The position numbers and the translations under genes were made by a program. Positions 22,485-37,890 of a stretch of 64,000 nt of DNA are shown one piece after another. Every line of letters begins with the position of its first letter. Position 1 is the first letter of the stretch. The notes under the pieces are model-generated. The model was not told the origin of the DNA. It saw nothing but the letters and a program-made list of their open reading frames with translations, and did not search any database. Origin of the DNA: Dipteris shenzhenensis (taxonomy: Eukaryota). The stretch lies in assembly GCA_047967505.1 (NCBI GenBank), contig CM106538.1; one strand, 5' to 3'.

Positions 22485-24659
22485 ATAAAGGGGTTTGTAT
22501 ATATTCTACATTTTCAACTAAATCTAGTGTATAGTTAGTCATTTGTGGTGTGCTCTCTAGCCGTGCCCTCTCTCCTCATCACCACTCTTCTCCTCTCCTC
22601 TCTCCATATTTTGTTAGCAAGATCTTTTGTATTTTTGATGTGTCTACTAAAACGTTTACGATGCTACCTTTTACTACATATTGACCATTAAATCGAAGCT
22701 CTCTTATTTGTGAGAAAGATACTCTTGGAGAAACTAGTCATTCTTCTATTTCATGTAAAATGCATACTTCTTGTATTAATTTGGTTGATTCACAGATATT
22801 TGAGTAGGAGTAAAGTTTTTAGGTAACCTATTTTTATGTATAACCATTCTACATTCTTTGCATACACAGTACTCTTTCTCTTTATATAAATTGAGTAAGC
22901 TATGTCCCATTTCAATAATCCATTCAAAATCCTTTTTCTTTAGGAAAGAAGTTTTTTAAAAAAAGTAAGCATTCACATGGGAAACATTCATGGCATGGTG
23001 GTGTGTCTTTAATAGACTTTCTATATTTTAAAACCTTTTTAGAAGGATTGCCAAACATTATTTCATACCTTGATTTATCTATATTTTCATTTGTTATAAT
23101 AGATCTTTTCCTTTTCTTGGATTGTGTTTGAATTGTTTGTTTCTCTTGAATTTGGTGTGCTTCTACATGTTTGAGTTATGAATCATGTTTATCTTTCTTG
23201 ATCTCTTGGACTTCATGTATTATTGTATGTAAAGGTAATTGTGTAGATGAGAAAGTATTTTGAAAATTGTAGCTATACTTCTTAGACCTTTTCTTCATTG
23301 TTGTCACTTATTGTACTAAGTTGATTGTAAATGATTTCTCCAAAAGTTTTTTTAATTGAAGTCCTTATGAAACATACATGGGAAGATAAACATGTTTGGG
23401 TATTCCATAACCAATTGTACTACTTTTTGTTTACAAGTAGATATTAAGCTTTCATATTTCTTATAATTAAAAGTATTATTGTTATTGTGATATATTTCTA
23501 TTTTAAAACTATAACTTTCAATCATTTGAGCATCCAAGGGAGAAAACATGACATTATTATCCTCTAATATTTTAAAATAGTCCTCCATACATTTTATTTG
23601 AGGGTACAATGTAAATATGTAATTACTTTTCATCCATTCCTCATAGTTTGTTTTATCAACCCCAACATTTGAGTGAATATCATGTTTGATGTTATTCATG
23701 ATATCTTTCCTTAATTTCTCTTTGGTTATATGAAAATTTAAAAATTATGAGAAACAAGTGAATATACATTTGTTATTTGGAAAGTCTTGTATAAAAGAAG
23801 AATGTATATCAAAATGTGTATTGTCTATTGTCATATCTATTTGATGATGTACAAAAAATGGTCTTGTGACATTGAAGTTTAAATAAGATGGTGCTAAATG
23901 TTGGCCATTTTTAGAAATCCAAACTTCTTGATATGAGTCAAAGTTGTGCTTTCACATAGTGATCTCAAATTCTATCCAACAACCTGTAAATTTGAATTGA
24001 ACAACCCACAAAAATTAAGTTTTGTATCTTATGGATTGATTGAAGAACTTAAGGAAAAAAAGGAAAGAGGGTTGAAATTCTTTTCAATTTATTGAGAGAT
24101 ATTAAAACAATAGAAGTGAATCCAATTGAATGCAATGAACTTTGAAATGTAAACTATGCTTCCAAAAAATCATAAGCACAAATTTCAAATGTTAACATAG
24201 CAAAAGCAAAAACAACTTGGAGAATAAATTGCTATGAGTGAAGGGAGTAAAGTAAATTTAAGTTTATTACTCAATAAAAGTGCTATAAGAGAAGGGAGCA
24301 ACCAAGTCTTCTTGCTCTAAGTCTTAATAATTTCTGAAGTAGTCTTTGAACATGCTGCAATGGACAAGCATATAACTCCTTCAAAATATTGTGTTGCAAC
24401 CCAATGAGCATAATATACTCAAAGACTCTTTGGAAACAAAAAGTCTCTCTCTCTCATCCAAAAGATTCACATCTTATTATAGAAAATTATAATCAAAGTT
24501 AGAGGGGTGCATGAGAAAATCTGATTCGTTGTCGATCCAAGTATTGCTATTCCAAATGATCTTTTATTAATACCCAAAATTTCAATCATACAACATTTTT
24601 GAAATGCATTTTAATTATCAAAAAATGAAAATTTTGCTTAATAGTAGAAAATCACATAA

Positions 24660-27498
24660 TTTTATCTCTCATAGCACTTCTCCTTTTGCATCCCCAGTAC
24701 TCCTGGTAGAGAAAAACGATGGTTCATACCGCATGTGCATTGACTATAGAGACTTGAATAAGGCAACTATCAAGAATAGGTTTCCAATCCCCAGGATAGA
24801 TGACCTATTGAATGGATGCTCAATTTTTCACTAAGATTGATTTAAGGTCAGGCTACCATCAAATAACTATGAAACAAGGAGATGAGCACAAGACAACCTT
24901 TGCACAGGGAGAGGTTTATATGAGTTCAAAGTGATGCCTTTTGGATTGACCAATGCACGACTACTTTCTAGGTACTCATGAACAAGATTTTGTAGCCTCT
25001 TCTTTACAAATGTGTGTTGGTATTTTTTGATTACATCCTCATTTAGAGCAAGGATAAGCAAGAACACATCAGACATGTCAAGCAAGTGCTAGAAATTTTG
25101 AGGTTCCATCATGTTTCTGCTAAAGCCAGAAGAGGTTGAGTATCTTGGTCATATTGTTGAGTAGGGATGGAATTTGGGTGGATCCAACCAATGTTAAATG
25201 CATAATGGAGTGGCCACAGCCACAGAATCCCACCCAACTCAGAGCTTTTTGGGTCTTGCTTCTTTTTACAAGGGATTTATTGAACATTTTGCCAAGAGGG
25301 CAGCCCCTCTCACTGACTTGTTAAAAAAGGATGCCTTCAAGTGGTCAAAAGAAGCACAACTCTATTCTAAGACAACAACATTAAGTTATCACATTTGCGA
25401 GTAGGAAATTTGAGGCCAAGGAATTGAACTATCATATTTATGATCAGGTTATGTTGGCTATCCTACATGCTTTTGAGAAATGGCACAAATACTTGTATGG
25501 TAGCACGATTAAGGTTAAGATGGATCATAGGACACTCAAGTACCTCCTTACGTAGCGCAATTTGTTTATGAAGTAGAAGAGGTGGTTGGCTACAATTTAG
25601 TCCTACAATTTCGACATTGAGTACATGAAGGGGAAAGAAAATGTGGTTGTTGATGCCTTGTCTAGAATGTGGGCTTGCAGTTAGTATGCCGTTTCCACCA
25701 TCTATCAGGAGTGGATTCATGAGATTCATGAAGAATATATGCAGAATTCCAAGGCAGCTCCCATACTTTTGGAGTTGTTGGAGCCTTCAAGCTAAGGGCA
25801 TGTTCAATTTAAGTTGTATAATGGGCTATTGTACTACAAGGATAGATTTTATCTAATACCAGACTCAAAGTATAGCTTCTTATTTTGCACAAAATGCACT
25901 CATCTCCTATGCTAGGACATGTGGTATGATTAAGAAATATGAAAACATCAAACAGAGCTTCATCTGGGATGGCATGTGGCAGATGTGGTTAAGTATGTCA
26001 TTGAATGCTTGCCTTGCCAATAGAATAAGGTGGACAGCTAGCTACCTATAGGTATTTTATATCCATTACCTATTCCAAAAGGAAAATGGACTCACATAGC
26101 TATGGATTTGATCACAATGTTGCCTTCTACAAAGAGGGGATGGGATAGCATTTATGTGGTGGTGGGGATAGAATGACAAAATAGGCTCACTTCATACCAC
26201 CAAGATCGGTATTCAACATAGCATACCTTTAAGCATCATGGATTTCCTCAAGAAATTGTCAGTTAATGATGACAAAGATGCAAAATTCATGGGTCACTCT
26301 TTTGGCATGAGTTATTCACAGCAGTGGGTACTCTCCTCAAACCTAGCACTACTTACCACCCTAAGATAGATGGATAGTTAGAAAGGGTGAACAAATGGGT
26401 GGAGAAATACTTGGGACACTTTTGTCATGATACATAGAAGTCCTGGGATAAGTGGTTGGCTCTTGTTGAATTTTGCTACAATAGTACCAAGCACCTTTCT
26501 ATTGTCATGAGCCCTTTTGAAAAAATGTATGATGTAAGGTTGGGATGCCACCCTTAATTGTAGACATGGCTATGAAAAATCGGCAAAAGCAAGAAGTGAC
26601 TTGGAAAGAATGGAAGCCCTTTTGCAATTGGCTAAGAAGAATATGCAGGACGCCAAGCCAAGTGGAAGAAATATGTAGATGAATGCAGGAGGTATCTATC
26701 TTTAGAAGAAGGAGATTATGTGCATTTATGCCTCCATAAGTACCACTATGCCTTGCTGAAAGGTAACAGCAACATGAATCTTGCTCACATGTATTATGTT
26801 GCCTATAAGATCATATGCAAAGTTGGAAAGGTGGCATATGAGTTGGAGCTTCCCGGTACCTCCAAGATTCATAATGATTTCCATGTGTCCTTATTGAAGC
26901 CACATGTAGGACAACATGTCCAACTCCTTCCTAAGATACCACCTATGGATGAGGAGGGCCACATCCTCTATGTCCCAGAGCGCATCATGGGTTTCAAAGA
27001 CCATGTACTCTAAAACAAGGTCTACAGAAAGCATTGTCCAAGACCATGCCTATCTCCTACTAAGCTAACTAGTAGTTGTTGTTTGTTGCTGCACTTTTTT
27101 TATATCGAGGATGTAAAATTTTGAGGGCAAAATTCTATGGGAAGGGATGGTTGTAATGAAGAGGGGAAAAGGGCTATTTGAGAGCCCCTTTAGAGGCCTT
27201 TTAGGTGGAAAATGTGGAGGGACTATATAAATCTCCATCCACCAATCATTGTACACTTTTGATGTGACCTCTAATCTTATCAAGTCCCACCTCCTTCCTC
27301 CTATGTTCTACTTACACTCTCTCTCAATCTCTCTCTTCCCCTCACCCTTCTCCCTCTCTACCTCTCCCTCTACCCCTTTCCTCAGTTCTCACTCCTTCTC
27401 CCCCATCCTCTCACTTCCTCTTCCCACTTCTATCTCCTTACACCAATCTGTCCCTAGTCCCTTCCTTACACCAATCTGTCCCTAGTCCCTTCCTTACA
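24660..27498 (+). mobile_element. Degenerate chromovirus-type Ty3/gypsy (RT, RH, INT, chromodomain remnant, 3' LTR ~27152-27498)
   Basis: [73 protein letters not shown]; purine tract then tgtaatg...ccttaca. Confidence 0.85.
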
Positions 27499-28299
27499 CT
27501 GTCACAGCAGGTGGAAGATATGTTCCTGTCTACCAAGAGGTTGGATCTAGTTGGAGCAAATGCAGCATCATCTATAAGCCCCCATGAGAACTGTGGTATT
27601 TGGCTTTTTTAGTAGGGAATCATCGAGCAAAATGTGACCAGAGGAGAACATATATGGCAGCTGATGAAAGATACAATAAAAATGAAGAAAGGCAAGTGTT
27701 TGATGGAGAAAGATGCTGAGTATCTAAAGCTAATGTGGAGCAGTTAAGGAAATTTAGTTGAGTTCCCCTGTGGGTGGAGTGAACAGTGACTCACATTGAG
27801 GATGAATTGCATGATCCCCATGATGGATACAAAGATGTGCCTTTAGGGTGCCTCCGTATTAATTGATGACACACTCTACATGAAGGTCAAGAAAGTGCAT
27901 CTAGATCTACTCGACCTAATATCTATGAAAGACATATAGCTGATGTGGTTCCTCCACATGAAATGTGACACATTCAACTCGACAAGTGGGTCGTATAGAC
28001 CCTATGGTGGCAAGCAACCGCTATACACTTGGGTCATATAGTCGATTGAGTTGACTATATGCTCCAGTATACCTAGTCTATGGAGTAGACCAAGTCGTAA
28101 AATCTGGAGAGTGAGCAAGGAGGCTCAAGGTAGCTCAAAACATCAAGGTGAAGTTCCAAAACTTTAAAGGCACTGATGATGATGAAGACTCATATAGTCA
28201 TCTACAAAGCTTTGTATGACTCTGTCACATTAATGGAGCTACTACAGACGAGGAGTACATGGATTATTTTCCTTGTACTTTGGTCAAGGCTGCACAAAG

Positions 28300-29600
28300 A
28301 TGCTTCAACCAGTTCGCATTTGGGTACTTCCCTGATTTGTTGCCATGTCCCAAGCTTTCCTGCATTGATTCAGACAAGAAATCAATGAAGAAGATGTCCA
28401 TACTCAACTAAAATGAGATGAAGCAAAACAAAGGAGAATGTATCCAAGACTATTTGTTACAAATTCAAGTTATTATTAACTAATTGTCTATTGTACCAAA
28501 TGACAAGTCCATGTGAGCTTGATTGATCACTGCGTGTACTCATATTGACTTGAGGAAGCCATAAATTGTCAATCAAACTTGGACCTATGAACAACTACTT
28601 AACAAAGTAGTAGCCTTGGAGAAAAGTGAAGGTCTCAAAGGTAATCCAAAGAAAAAGTATGCTAAATGAAGAAAGCGCTCAAAGAAATGGGCATCCATGG
28701 CAAGCCAAATTCTAGTGAGAAATGTTGCAACAAATGCTCAAGGAGTGGACACACAAAAGATGGTTGCAAGATGAAGTACTGCAACACTTGCGCTAAGTAT
28801 GGACATGATTGCTTCGAGTGCTGGTTCAATGCCAAGAAATGATCTGTAGCTTCTCATCAAGTAACAACTAATGTCAAGATAGGAGGTAAGTCACCTCAAC
28901 CTGACAACAAAGGTAAAGGGAAAAACGATAAGGAAAAGGTTGATCCTTCTAAAATTAAGTGTTATTATTGTGGAGAAAATCATCTTTGGCAAGAATGTCC
29001 TATTTAACATTGAGAGAAAAGAATTAAATCCTGAGTGCAGTCCTAAGTGCAGAGCAGTTGCAGTCAAGTTACTTGATATGGTGGATGCACAAGTAGTCAC
29101 TAGGCAATGACTCAACACCTATAAATGTCAATTGGAAGGCACAAAAAGAGGTTTTTTGCAACCAAAATTATTTGTGTTAACTATATGGCAAGGCACTAGT
29201 AGTTGAAATGTGACTCAAGCAACCAATCACTATCATCAAGCTAGGTAAATCATCAAAATCTAAGGATAAAAGTGTGGAAATAGAGAATACTTTTCTAGAG
29301 CAGAGCTAGGCCAAGCATGGGAAACATTTAAGAATATGAAAGTTAGTCTTACTTTTGTTGAGTTTCCAGATTGCCTCCAATTGTCATGACTCTTTCATTA
29401 AGTAGTTTTAAGAATCTGAGGCAAAGTCAAAGGAAGTGGATGCTTGGGTTACTATGCCTATCATTGATACAACTATGGTGGGGATGAAGAGGTCCCAAGT
29501 ATCACGGTCAAAGTTAAGAAGCAAACTATTCCAGTGTGATTGTGGATGGAGGATATGGAGTCAATGTCATCTTTGAAGGACTCACAACTCTATTGAAGTT
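28300..29600 (+). pseudogene. Degenerate gypsy gag-protease fragment with three zinc knuckles
   Basis: CNKCSRSGHTKDGC, CNTCAKYGHDCFEC, CYYCGENHLWQEC; protease VIVDGGYGVNVI at ~29540. Confidence 0.7.
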
Positions 29601-31429
29601 CAAACACTTCTCAAACATTTTTGGCAGTTGTATCCACAGTCCAATAGAACCTTTTGGTGGATGACTCTATGTACAAGTGCAGCAAGAATCCCCCTAGCAT
29701 GTATGTGATAGTCCCAAGGATGAAGGACCAGTATCCTACAAATGTATAGGGTTTCATGATGGGCTAACCTCAAGCTATGGTTGCATAAGTGGTTGCTATC
29801 AGTTGATCGGGTGGAATGGGCATCAGTGAGCTCATTTAATGCAATTGCACGAGCTGAGAATCAATTTACAAGGCCCTCTCCTATCACATTATCTCTCCTC
29901 CTTAGTCTTCTCTCCCCAAAAGTTTCGAGTAGAGTGAACTCCATCCTTGGCTTCTTCAACCGCACATCGAAGTCAGCTTGAAACTAGAAGAGTTTGATCC
30001 TTTAGTGTCATATTTTGCTACTGCCTCATACCTCCACCCTTTCCCTTGGCTATTGTTGTGCCTTCCCATGGAAGAACCAATGCATGATGTCAGAGTCTTA
30101 GTATGTGTGAACCCCTCTCATCCCTCTTGCAAAAAGAAATGCCCTCCATAGGGTGAAATACACACCTAATGAAGGGGATATTCTAATAGCCACTCCTACT
30201 AGCACAAAGCCCATCTTCCTAAAGGGTGGATAAACCTAAGAAGGAGGTCTATATGCTACCCACATGGCAACCTATGTAGTATGTATTTCCCATGTGGTAA
30301 CTTGCTCGTCTTTCCCCTTGCTCCTTATCTCTCTACAAGTGTCACCCCCCCATGATCTTCTTAATTGGGAAGTTACAAATGAGCCAAGTTGCATTATTTC
30401 ACTCGGTTTATTTTTTAATTCATTTAAAATGTTAAAAAAAATTCCCAAAATTATTGTTTTCTATTTGTTACAAATAAAGAAAATTGTTTGTACAGATACC
30501 CTACTAAATTTGTATGAATAAGCAAGCTCTAAGCAAGACAAAATATGTTTTCAATCCTATTTCCTCTTATTTGGCCAAATATGCAAAGTACTAAATAGAT
30601 CTTCTAGCATCCCTTTTCTTAGTTTTCATTTCTTTGTAGTAGTAGAGTCTTGTTTGGACAGAATTTGCATGTATCTTCTATCTACATAACCTCATGGTTG
30701 TCCATACTTTCTCAGGTCAACACTAAGTTGGTTTTAGTTATTTCCTTTTCCTTTGTAATTCTTTAATGTTTAAAGTTAGCTATATTCCACATTTGCAAAG
30801 ACCTAATCTAGCACTCTTCTCTTTTGATCTAGTTGTGTGTTACAGTTTGAGTTAAATTGTAAATTTTTGCATACATTGATTTGAAGTTTGATAAGATGTA
30901 GGCCACTAATTACTAAGAGTACTCACCTCTCACAAGAGATTTTTGTTATAGTTTGAGCTAAAGTCTAAATGTTTTGCATAGTTCCATTCAAGTTAAGTTT
31001 GTAAGTCATAGGTTGCACTCATCTCTCTCAACTACAATTCTAGTCAAATCACAAATGTTTTGAACAGTTTCATTTTTAAGTTTATAGAGACCCAGGATGG
31101 CACTCATCTCTCCCAAAAGTTTTGTGCTACAATCTAAGATAAAATTTAGAAGTGTTTAGAGTTCTAGTTGTCTCAGACTATGGCACCATTTCAAGGGTGT
31201 GTTGCAATCCTAGTTCATGAAAATGATGAAATTTCTTGCATTTTTATGCTTTAGTTGGCGCTAAAACCAATTCGAATTCGGTGTTGCAACTTTGTTGTTA
31301 GCCGGGTCCATATGCATGATTAAGTGCAACAACACTTAAGATTTGAGGTGGCATAGAGTTAGGTGGTATCTTGGAGCTATGGAGGGGCACATGGATGGTA
31401 GAGGACGGTTGAGGTGAACATTGGCTTTC

Positions 31430-33934
31430 CCACCTATACATTGTATGAGCCTTTCATTTTCAGAAAGAGAGATACCCACCTAAGTTTAGGTTTTGGGGAT
31501 TCATTTAGTTTTACAACTCTCTTTCTCTCTTTTTGCTTTCTCTCCATGCTAGGAAAGATTTCCCTCCAACACTTTGCATAGTTGTTAGCTTGAGTTAGAA
31601 CACCCATCAAAGTACATGTCAAGCATACTAGAATGTTACTGATAAGGACTATGTTATGATTGACATTGTAGGAGTCGAGAAGGTCCTTCACTAGATCTAC
31701 ATCAAATGCCTCCTTCCTTCGCAAATTTGAAGAGTCGGTTGCTTTTTAAAAGTATGAGAATTGCTCAAAGATGAAATCTATAATGGGGTGGGGTGATGAG
31801 ATGCAAGAGGTAGCATGCTTGCAGGCTTGTTGTTCCTCCATTTAACACTGAGACAAGGGAATACTGAAAGAGATGGAAGAGGAGTTGTGGATGCAGCAAC
31901 AGGATGCGATGGTGGAAGCTGTGGAATCAGAAAACAAGCAAGCAATGGTAATAAGACTCTGGTAAAGAAGGATAGGGAGCTTGTAAAGTGCAAGGAGCAT
32001 GGAATATGGATAAGCAATAGGAATGGGAAGACAATAGAAGGAAGCTAAATATGGTGGTCTCTTCAGGGATAATGTAGTATTATTCTTCCAATACCCCCAT
32101 TTATCCTTATTATGAGCTCTCCTTAATGTCATTGGACTTATAAATGTCATGTGGTTGGTGTTCCTAATTTACATCTTGCTTTGTAATTTCCTTCCCTTGG
32201 ATGCGATCTAAGAATTTGACTCTTATTAGGTGACTGCATGGAATACACATGGATACTAAAGTTTCTACAGCCAAGTGTTTCTCTGAGTTTACCAATACTA
32301 AGTCTGAATCCTCAGTTGCTTAGTATGGTTTCACCTTTCTTCCATTGTAAATTTTGGGAACACCTCAGCTAACCTATAAGGTTTGTTCTTCCAACCAAGT
32401 TAGAAATTTGTTTTTATGGGACCAGCTTAGCAGTATAGAGCAATACAAGCATCCCTTTCTCCACTAGTAGTAGCAATAATATGTCGATCATGCCACATCT
32501 TTCTGCACCTTTGAATGATCTATTGTGACCATGTCGCTCAAAGAAACAATTCATCTAGGTGGGCTAACTGATGCAATTGTCCCTTGATTGCCTCGGGTTC
32601 TCACCTAGTTGATGCTTGGCTGCGATGCGAACACTTGGCACAATGAATTCCAAAGGAACAGTTGCTTCAAGACCAAAGCCCAAAGGTTGTCAAATGATTG
32701 GTGCCTTTATAGGTAGTATGATAGGACCTCAATGTGGCATGCAACGTAGCATCCCAATCACCCTTATGAGATTGCACTGTCTTAGTAAGAATGAACTTGA
32801 AGTCTTATTTCTTGACCTAGCTTCACCATTACATTGAGCTTAATATAGGTAGTGGAGACTGTATGCATGATTTTTAACTCAAACTTGAGTAATTGCATCA
32901 CCTCATTCAAGAAATGAGATCCTTGATCACTGAAAATATGAATGGGGCATCCATATTTTCATATAATATTCTTAAAGAGGAATTGAGTAGTGATTTGAGT
33001 TGATTTGTCTCAAAGATCCTTAGCTTTGGCCCACTTAGTGGCATTATCATTTTGTGACAACCACATACTTGTTTCTTGTGTGTCAAGCACATTTCAAAGG
33101 ACCAATGAAGTTGAGTTCCCATCACTAAAAAGCTTCCCAAGGCTGAGTAGGCTACAACGGAATGGATTGGTTGGACAACAACCAACTAGTTTTTTCATAG
33201 ACATCACATTGCGTAGATTTCTTACTGGCATTAGCAAAGAGCGTACCCTGCCATAATCCTACTTGCAACACTGACGTGGCGATGCTAGCATTGCAAACTA
33301 GTGGGACTCTTCATTTTGAGCTGTGAGTTCAATTTGGAAATGGCCACTAGAGGGACCCAAATGAGCTTCTTGCAACAATATAGCTCATTCATGAGAAAGA
33401 ACCCATCTACATAAGATTCCATCTCTGCGCATTGTCGGTAATGCTAACCACCAATTAAAATGTACTTCTAAGACTTCAACGCTAATTGTATGTGTTTATC
33501 ACAAGGCATATGCTCAGGAAATATCCCCTTAGACAAGTAATTAATCACCTTGGCATACTCGCTTTCAAAGACATCAACTACAAAGGGCTCAGCATCGGGC
33601 AACTCATTGTCTACCCCCTCACTATCATTAGGTGCAGGCAACTGAGATATACTATCGGCACCCTCATGTGTTTTTCTAGGATTATGGATGATTTTAAAAT
33701 TAAACTCCTGAGAAGAAGCATCCACTGAACAAATTGGCCTTGAATGTCTATTTTGGTAATTAGATAAAGCAAGGCTTGATGATCCACATAAAATACAAAT
33801 GGATTGCCAAGCAAGTAATGCCTCAACTTTTGACCACTAAAAATCATGCCAAGAGCTTCACGCTTAGTAGAGCTATAATTAGATTTTGTCAGAAGGTGAG
33901 CAATCAGTTGGCATAATACATGCCTGTAGTTGAG
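31430..33934 (-). mobile_element. Degenerate gypsy RNase H-integrase with a downstream extra-ORF remnant
   Basis: NYSSTKREALGMIFS..LRHYLLGNPFVFYVDHQALLYL; integrase remnants at 32300-33400; eORF-like FDVDLVKDLLDSYN..VLISNILVCLT at 31434-31724. Confidence 0.75.
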
Positions 33935-36900
33935 CAAGGATTTCTAATTTTTGAGCAAAACCATCTGAGCATTTGAGCAAATTGGATCAGAATGTAGTTT
34001 TTTTGTGTCAAAGTTTATGAAAACAATCCAATTGTATGGACCCCTTTTGTAAAGAAAGGGGTCATATTGCTTAAGAAAAGAAATGGATATCCTCATTTCT
34101 AACTAAACAAGTTTTCTAACTCTTGAAGTTCATGAAATGAGGCCATGATTATGAAACTGTTTTGTAAATGAAGGGTCCATATTGCTCAATAGAAGAAGTG
34201 GTTATCCTTGTAAACTAATCAACCACAACAACCAATAACCAAAAAACAAATCTTCAAATAAGTTTTCAACCTATGCAAATGAAAATGAAGACATGATTTA
34301 TCACATAGAAGACATGTTTAAACTTTTGTGATGTAAAATCATCCTTCAAAATGTCCTACCACAATTATCAAGTGGAGAATAATTAGCACACTATCCTTGT
34401 GGTTCAAATTACTTATGGAAAAAAGGATTTCTTATATCCAATCCAAGGTACAAAAGGAAATGTAACAAATATAGCCAAATTTTAAGTCAATATTTTACAC
34501 TCATAGTTTGGTATTTTGCTACTAGTTGTGTTGAGTTCATGTTATTTCAAATAAGTTTCCTACAAAGCGTCCTACCACAATTACCAACAAGTGGAGAAAC
34601 AAACCAAAAATTTACACAAGGAGAAATGCAAAAGGCTCCAAAAACATTGTTTTTGTGGTTCAAAATCTTCATGGAAAAAATGATTATTATAGATATCTTT
34701 TCATTTTGTATTCATCATGAAGATTCAATCTTCTTTGTGGTTCAAAATCCTCATGGAAAAAGAATTATTATAATAGCCCTTCCATTTTCTGTTGACCATC
34801 ATGAAAGTACAGTCTCCAAAAACTAAACCTCAAGGCATGTGGGACAATGCCTGGAATATCTCTTTTTTACTCAGGGTGGCTTGGTGAACAAACATATTAT
34901 TTCTGCTATCCAATCCAAGGTATGAAAGAAGATGTAATAAATATGTTTGCATGGAATATAGGCATTCAATTTGCATGATCGTCTAATGAAGTCTTCACAA
35001 TTGCAAGAAGGAAATGGAGAAATGTCAACCTTGTATTCAATACCTTTTTGCATTGATCCTTCTATAGAGACAATGAACTCAACATGCTCCATGGCCTTCA
35101 CGACTGTTGTGTCCTTAACAATGCATTTCATGACCAATGACCTTTGAATTCTATCTTCCATTTCTTTGGGAATTTTGTTTCGCCATCTGATTGCTTTGCC
35201 ATGTCGACGCCGATCTTCATGCAATACTATTGTTTCATCATGGGCTTGAATTGGTGAAGCACAACTTACACCCACCATCAGAGTTGACGCTCCTAATATG
35301 ACAAACCCCGAGCTTGTCAACCTAGCAATCTCTACACTTGTCAAGGATGTTCCTGATTGGTGAACCTTCCACCTTCCGGGTGATGGTCCTGGAATACCTG
35401 TAATGCTAGTTGATGGCTTCCACATGTGGGTTACATCATTTCCACAAAACCAAATCATTTGGGAGTGCACTCCAATTGGTGTTTGAATCCTCCCAAAGAA
35501 TGATGGTGCAACAACTCCACGTCGATTTTCACGATCCTTTATATTGACAAGCTTGTTACATGTTCCTCCTTGTCCAAGCCAAGCATAGCAACAGACTTGG
35601 CTTGTTACAAGAACTCTTCGTAATGCGCAATTTGCATCATGCACTTCATATTCTTGTACACTCTTGGAATTATCATCCTCAAAGCTCTCTGTTGCAAATT
35701 TAGTAGTAGATTTTGGAGACATGGAGTATCTTTTCTTATTTGCATAACTATACTCAGGGCGGTGGCTATCATCCTCACATATATTTGAAGGCATTGACTT
35801 TGGCCTTTTCCTTCGCACAATCTTGTCATCTCCATCATTAAAACATACTTCAGATGCAACACTCATTTCCTTTGCAACATCACTTGTTAGATCAACAACT
35901 GTTTTGGCACTAATGTCAATCCAAGATTTTGAAGATCTTTTTTTTAAGGTCTCTAGACTCGGTCCACTTCCGATGAACTGGCCCTTCAAAAAAGATGTGT
36001 ATCTAGAGCTTTGTAAAATTGCATTTGAGAGGTCACTAATAGAGGCATTGTAGAGACCAACATATTTGACATGGTTCAATCCAGCCCTCCAACTACCATC
36101 ATGAATAGACTCTACTAGATTTGTTCGAGGTATCAAGTACTTCTCGTTCTCTAACATACTCTACAAACCAAGCATTGTAGAGATATTGTAATTGCAAAAT
36201 TATATTATTAACATGATTTAAAAAAATTCAAGAGAAATACAAAACCAACCTCTATAATGTAGTGGCCCCAATGGGAAATCCTAGCATGCCACCATGCAAA
36301 CCAAGTTTCAAGCCGTGGCAAGTCTGAATCACTTGCATGGCCTGCATTCCACCATGCCCTTAGGCTTCTCATTTCGACTTCTGCAGCTTGCTCTGTAGAG
36401 GCATCCTTCCAGCGTCTACATCGGATTTTTAATTCCTCGTGGCTGCCAACTTTTATACATACCTTTGCATGGGAATGAAGACTTTGCTCCCAATGGGAAA
36501 GGCAAGAACGCTCTTTCCCTTCCATTATATTGTCAGGGCCACCATTGAAAGTGGCATGTACAACCCTCTAGTTGGCTTGGGCCTCATCTACCATGAACCC
36601 TTTGAAATCTACATTGTCAAACCCTTCTGAAACCATTACTTTGTTGAGAGTATCCCAAAATAGAATTTGTGTGTTAGTATCTTCCACCTTGAAGTCACAA
36701 GTTGCAATTGTTTGCAACTCTTGGATAAAAGGATTATACACATGGCAAGCCATGGTAGTCCAATCTTTCATTCGCTTCACAAAGTCAAACAACACCCAAC
36801 AATGACCCAGTTCTCCTCCAGGTCTCATTTTATTTACCAAATCAACCCCTAAACCAGAACCTTGGGTAGACATTTTAAATACATGACACCTGCTGAATGA

Positions 36901-37890
36901 ACTACGTTGCAATTGTCTAGGAAACACTACACTTTGGAAATAATTATATCTACAATGTCTTTTCAAGTATAAAATTCCATCTAGCCCATCTGACACAGGT
37001 CGAGAGTTGGTCAATATTCATTGTAATAACATAATTTAATAAACCAATGCAATAACAAATATTATGGTAATTACCTTCTTCTGTCGAGCAAAGGTTCACA
37101 TTGTTTTAGCAAATCTTGTAGCTCAACATCCGACATCTTAATCCCATATTGCACTTTCTTAGACAATAAAGTTTCCATAATAATGTCTTGGAAAATTATA
37201 TTTTGTATCCCTTTAGGGCATACAGCACCACCAGCCCTCACCATTTCAGAAACTTTAGTTTTAATGGCATCCTTTGTTCTCCTAGTCAAACCATCTCCAA
37301 CAGGATGATTATGATGGCCATGGTGTATGACTGCATGAGTAAGATTCACACCATCTCTACATTCTGGCATGCAAAGTAACATTTCACAGTAACATCTCTC
37401 CAAGCAAATTGGTGGACGACCACAATGTATACATGATAAGGAGCCATATGATTCAATTCACACATTTGTTGGGGCCACTCTAATCAATCTCCCATCCCAT
37501 TGTGTCTCATTCTCTATCCCAATTCTTATTTTATAACCACAAGTTGCATTTATACAATGGAGGTGACCTCCACATTCCTTTCTACGAACCACACCAGGAA
37601 ATACTATATTTGTTGTAATAGGATCACTCCAAACATGACCATCAAATTTTGACTCCGTACATTTTGTGCGATGTTTCACTGAAGTAGCTGGTAACTCAAA
37701 GAAAACATCACCATCATAAGTAGAAGGAAACTCATCCACACTGACGTGCATTTCAACCTTCTCATAGGCCTCACACAATCTGTTCTTTATAGGTAGTTGC
37801 ATAATAATCTCAATGACACTATGTTTTTTGTCATTCTCAATGTTGCTAGCTGAATCATGTTTCCTTGCCTCATCATTTTTATTGCAAACA
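33935..37890 (-). mobile_element. MULE-like DNA transposon, decayed spliced transposase with GCM-like N-terminus, DDE core and SWIM finger
   Basis: DGHVW..CGGHLHCINATC (GCM-like), HHGHHNHP, WVLFDFVKRMKDWTTMACHVY, GFMVDEAQAN, CLSHW (CxxH), SWIM CNCEDF..PCKHIY; terminus-like caaggatttctaatttttgagc at 33935. Confidence 0.75.

Noticed and set aside
22500-24650. AT-rich 115-aa ORF at 23352-23699
   Set aside because: No recognisable domain or splice structure; left unassigned.
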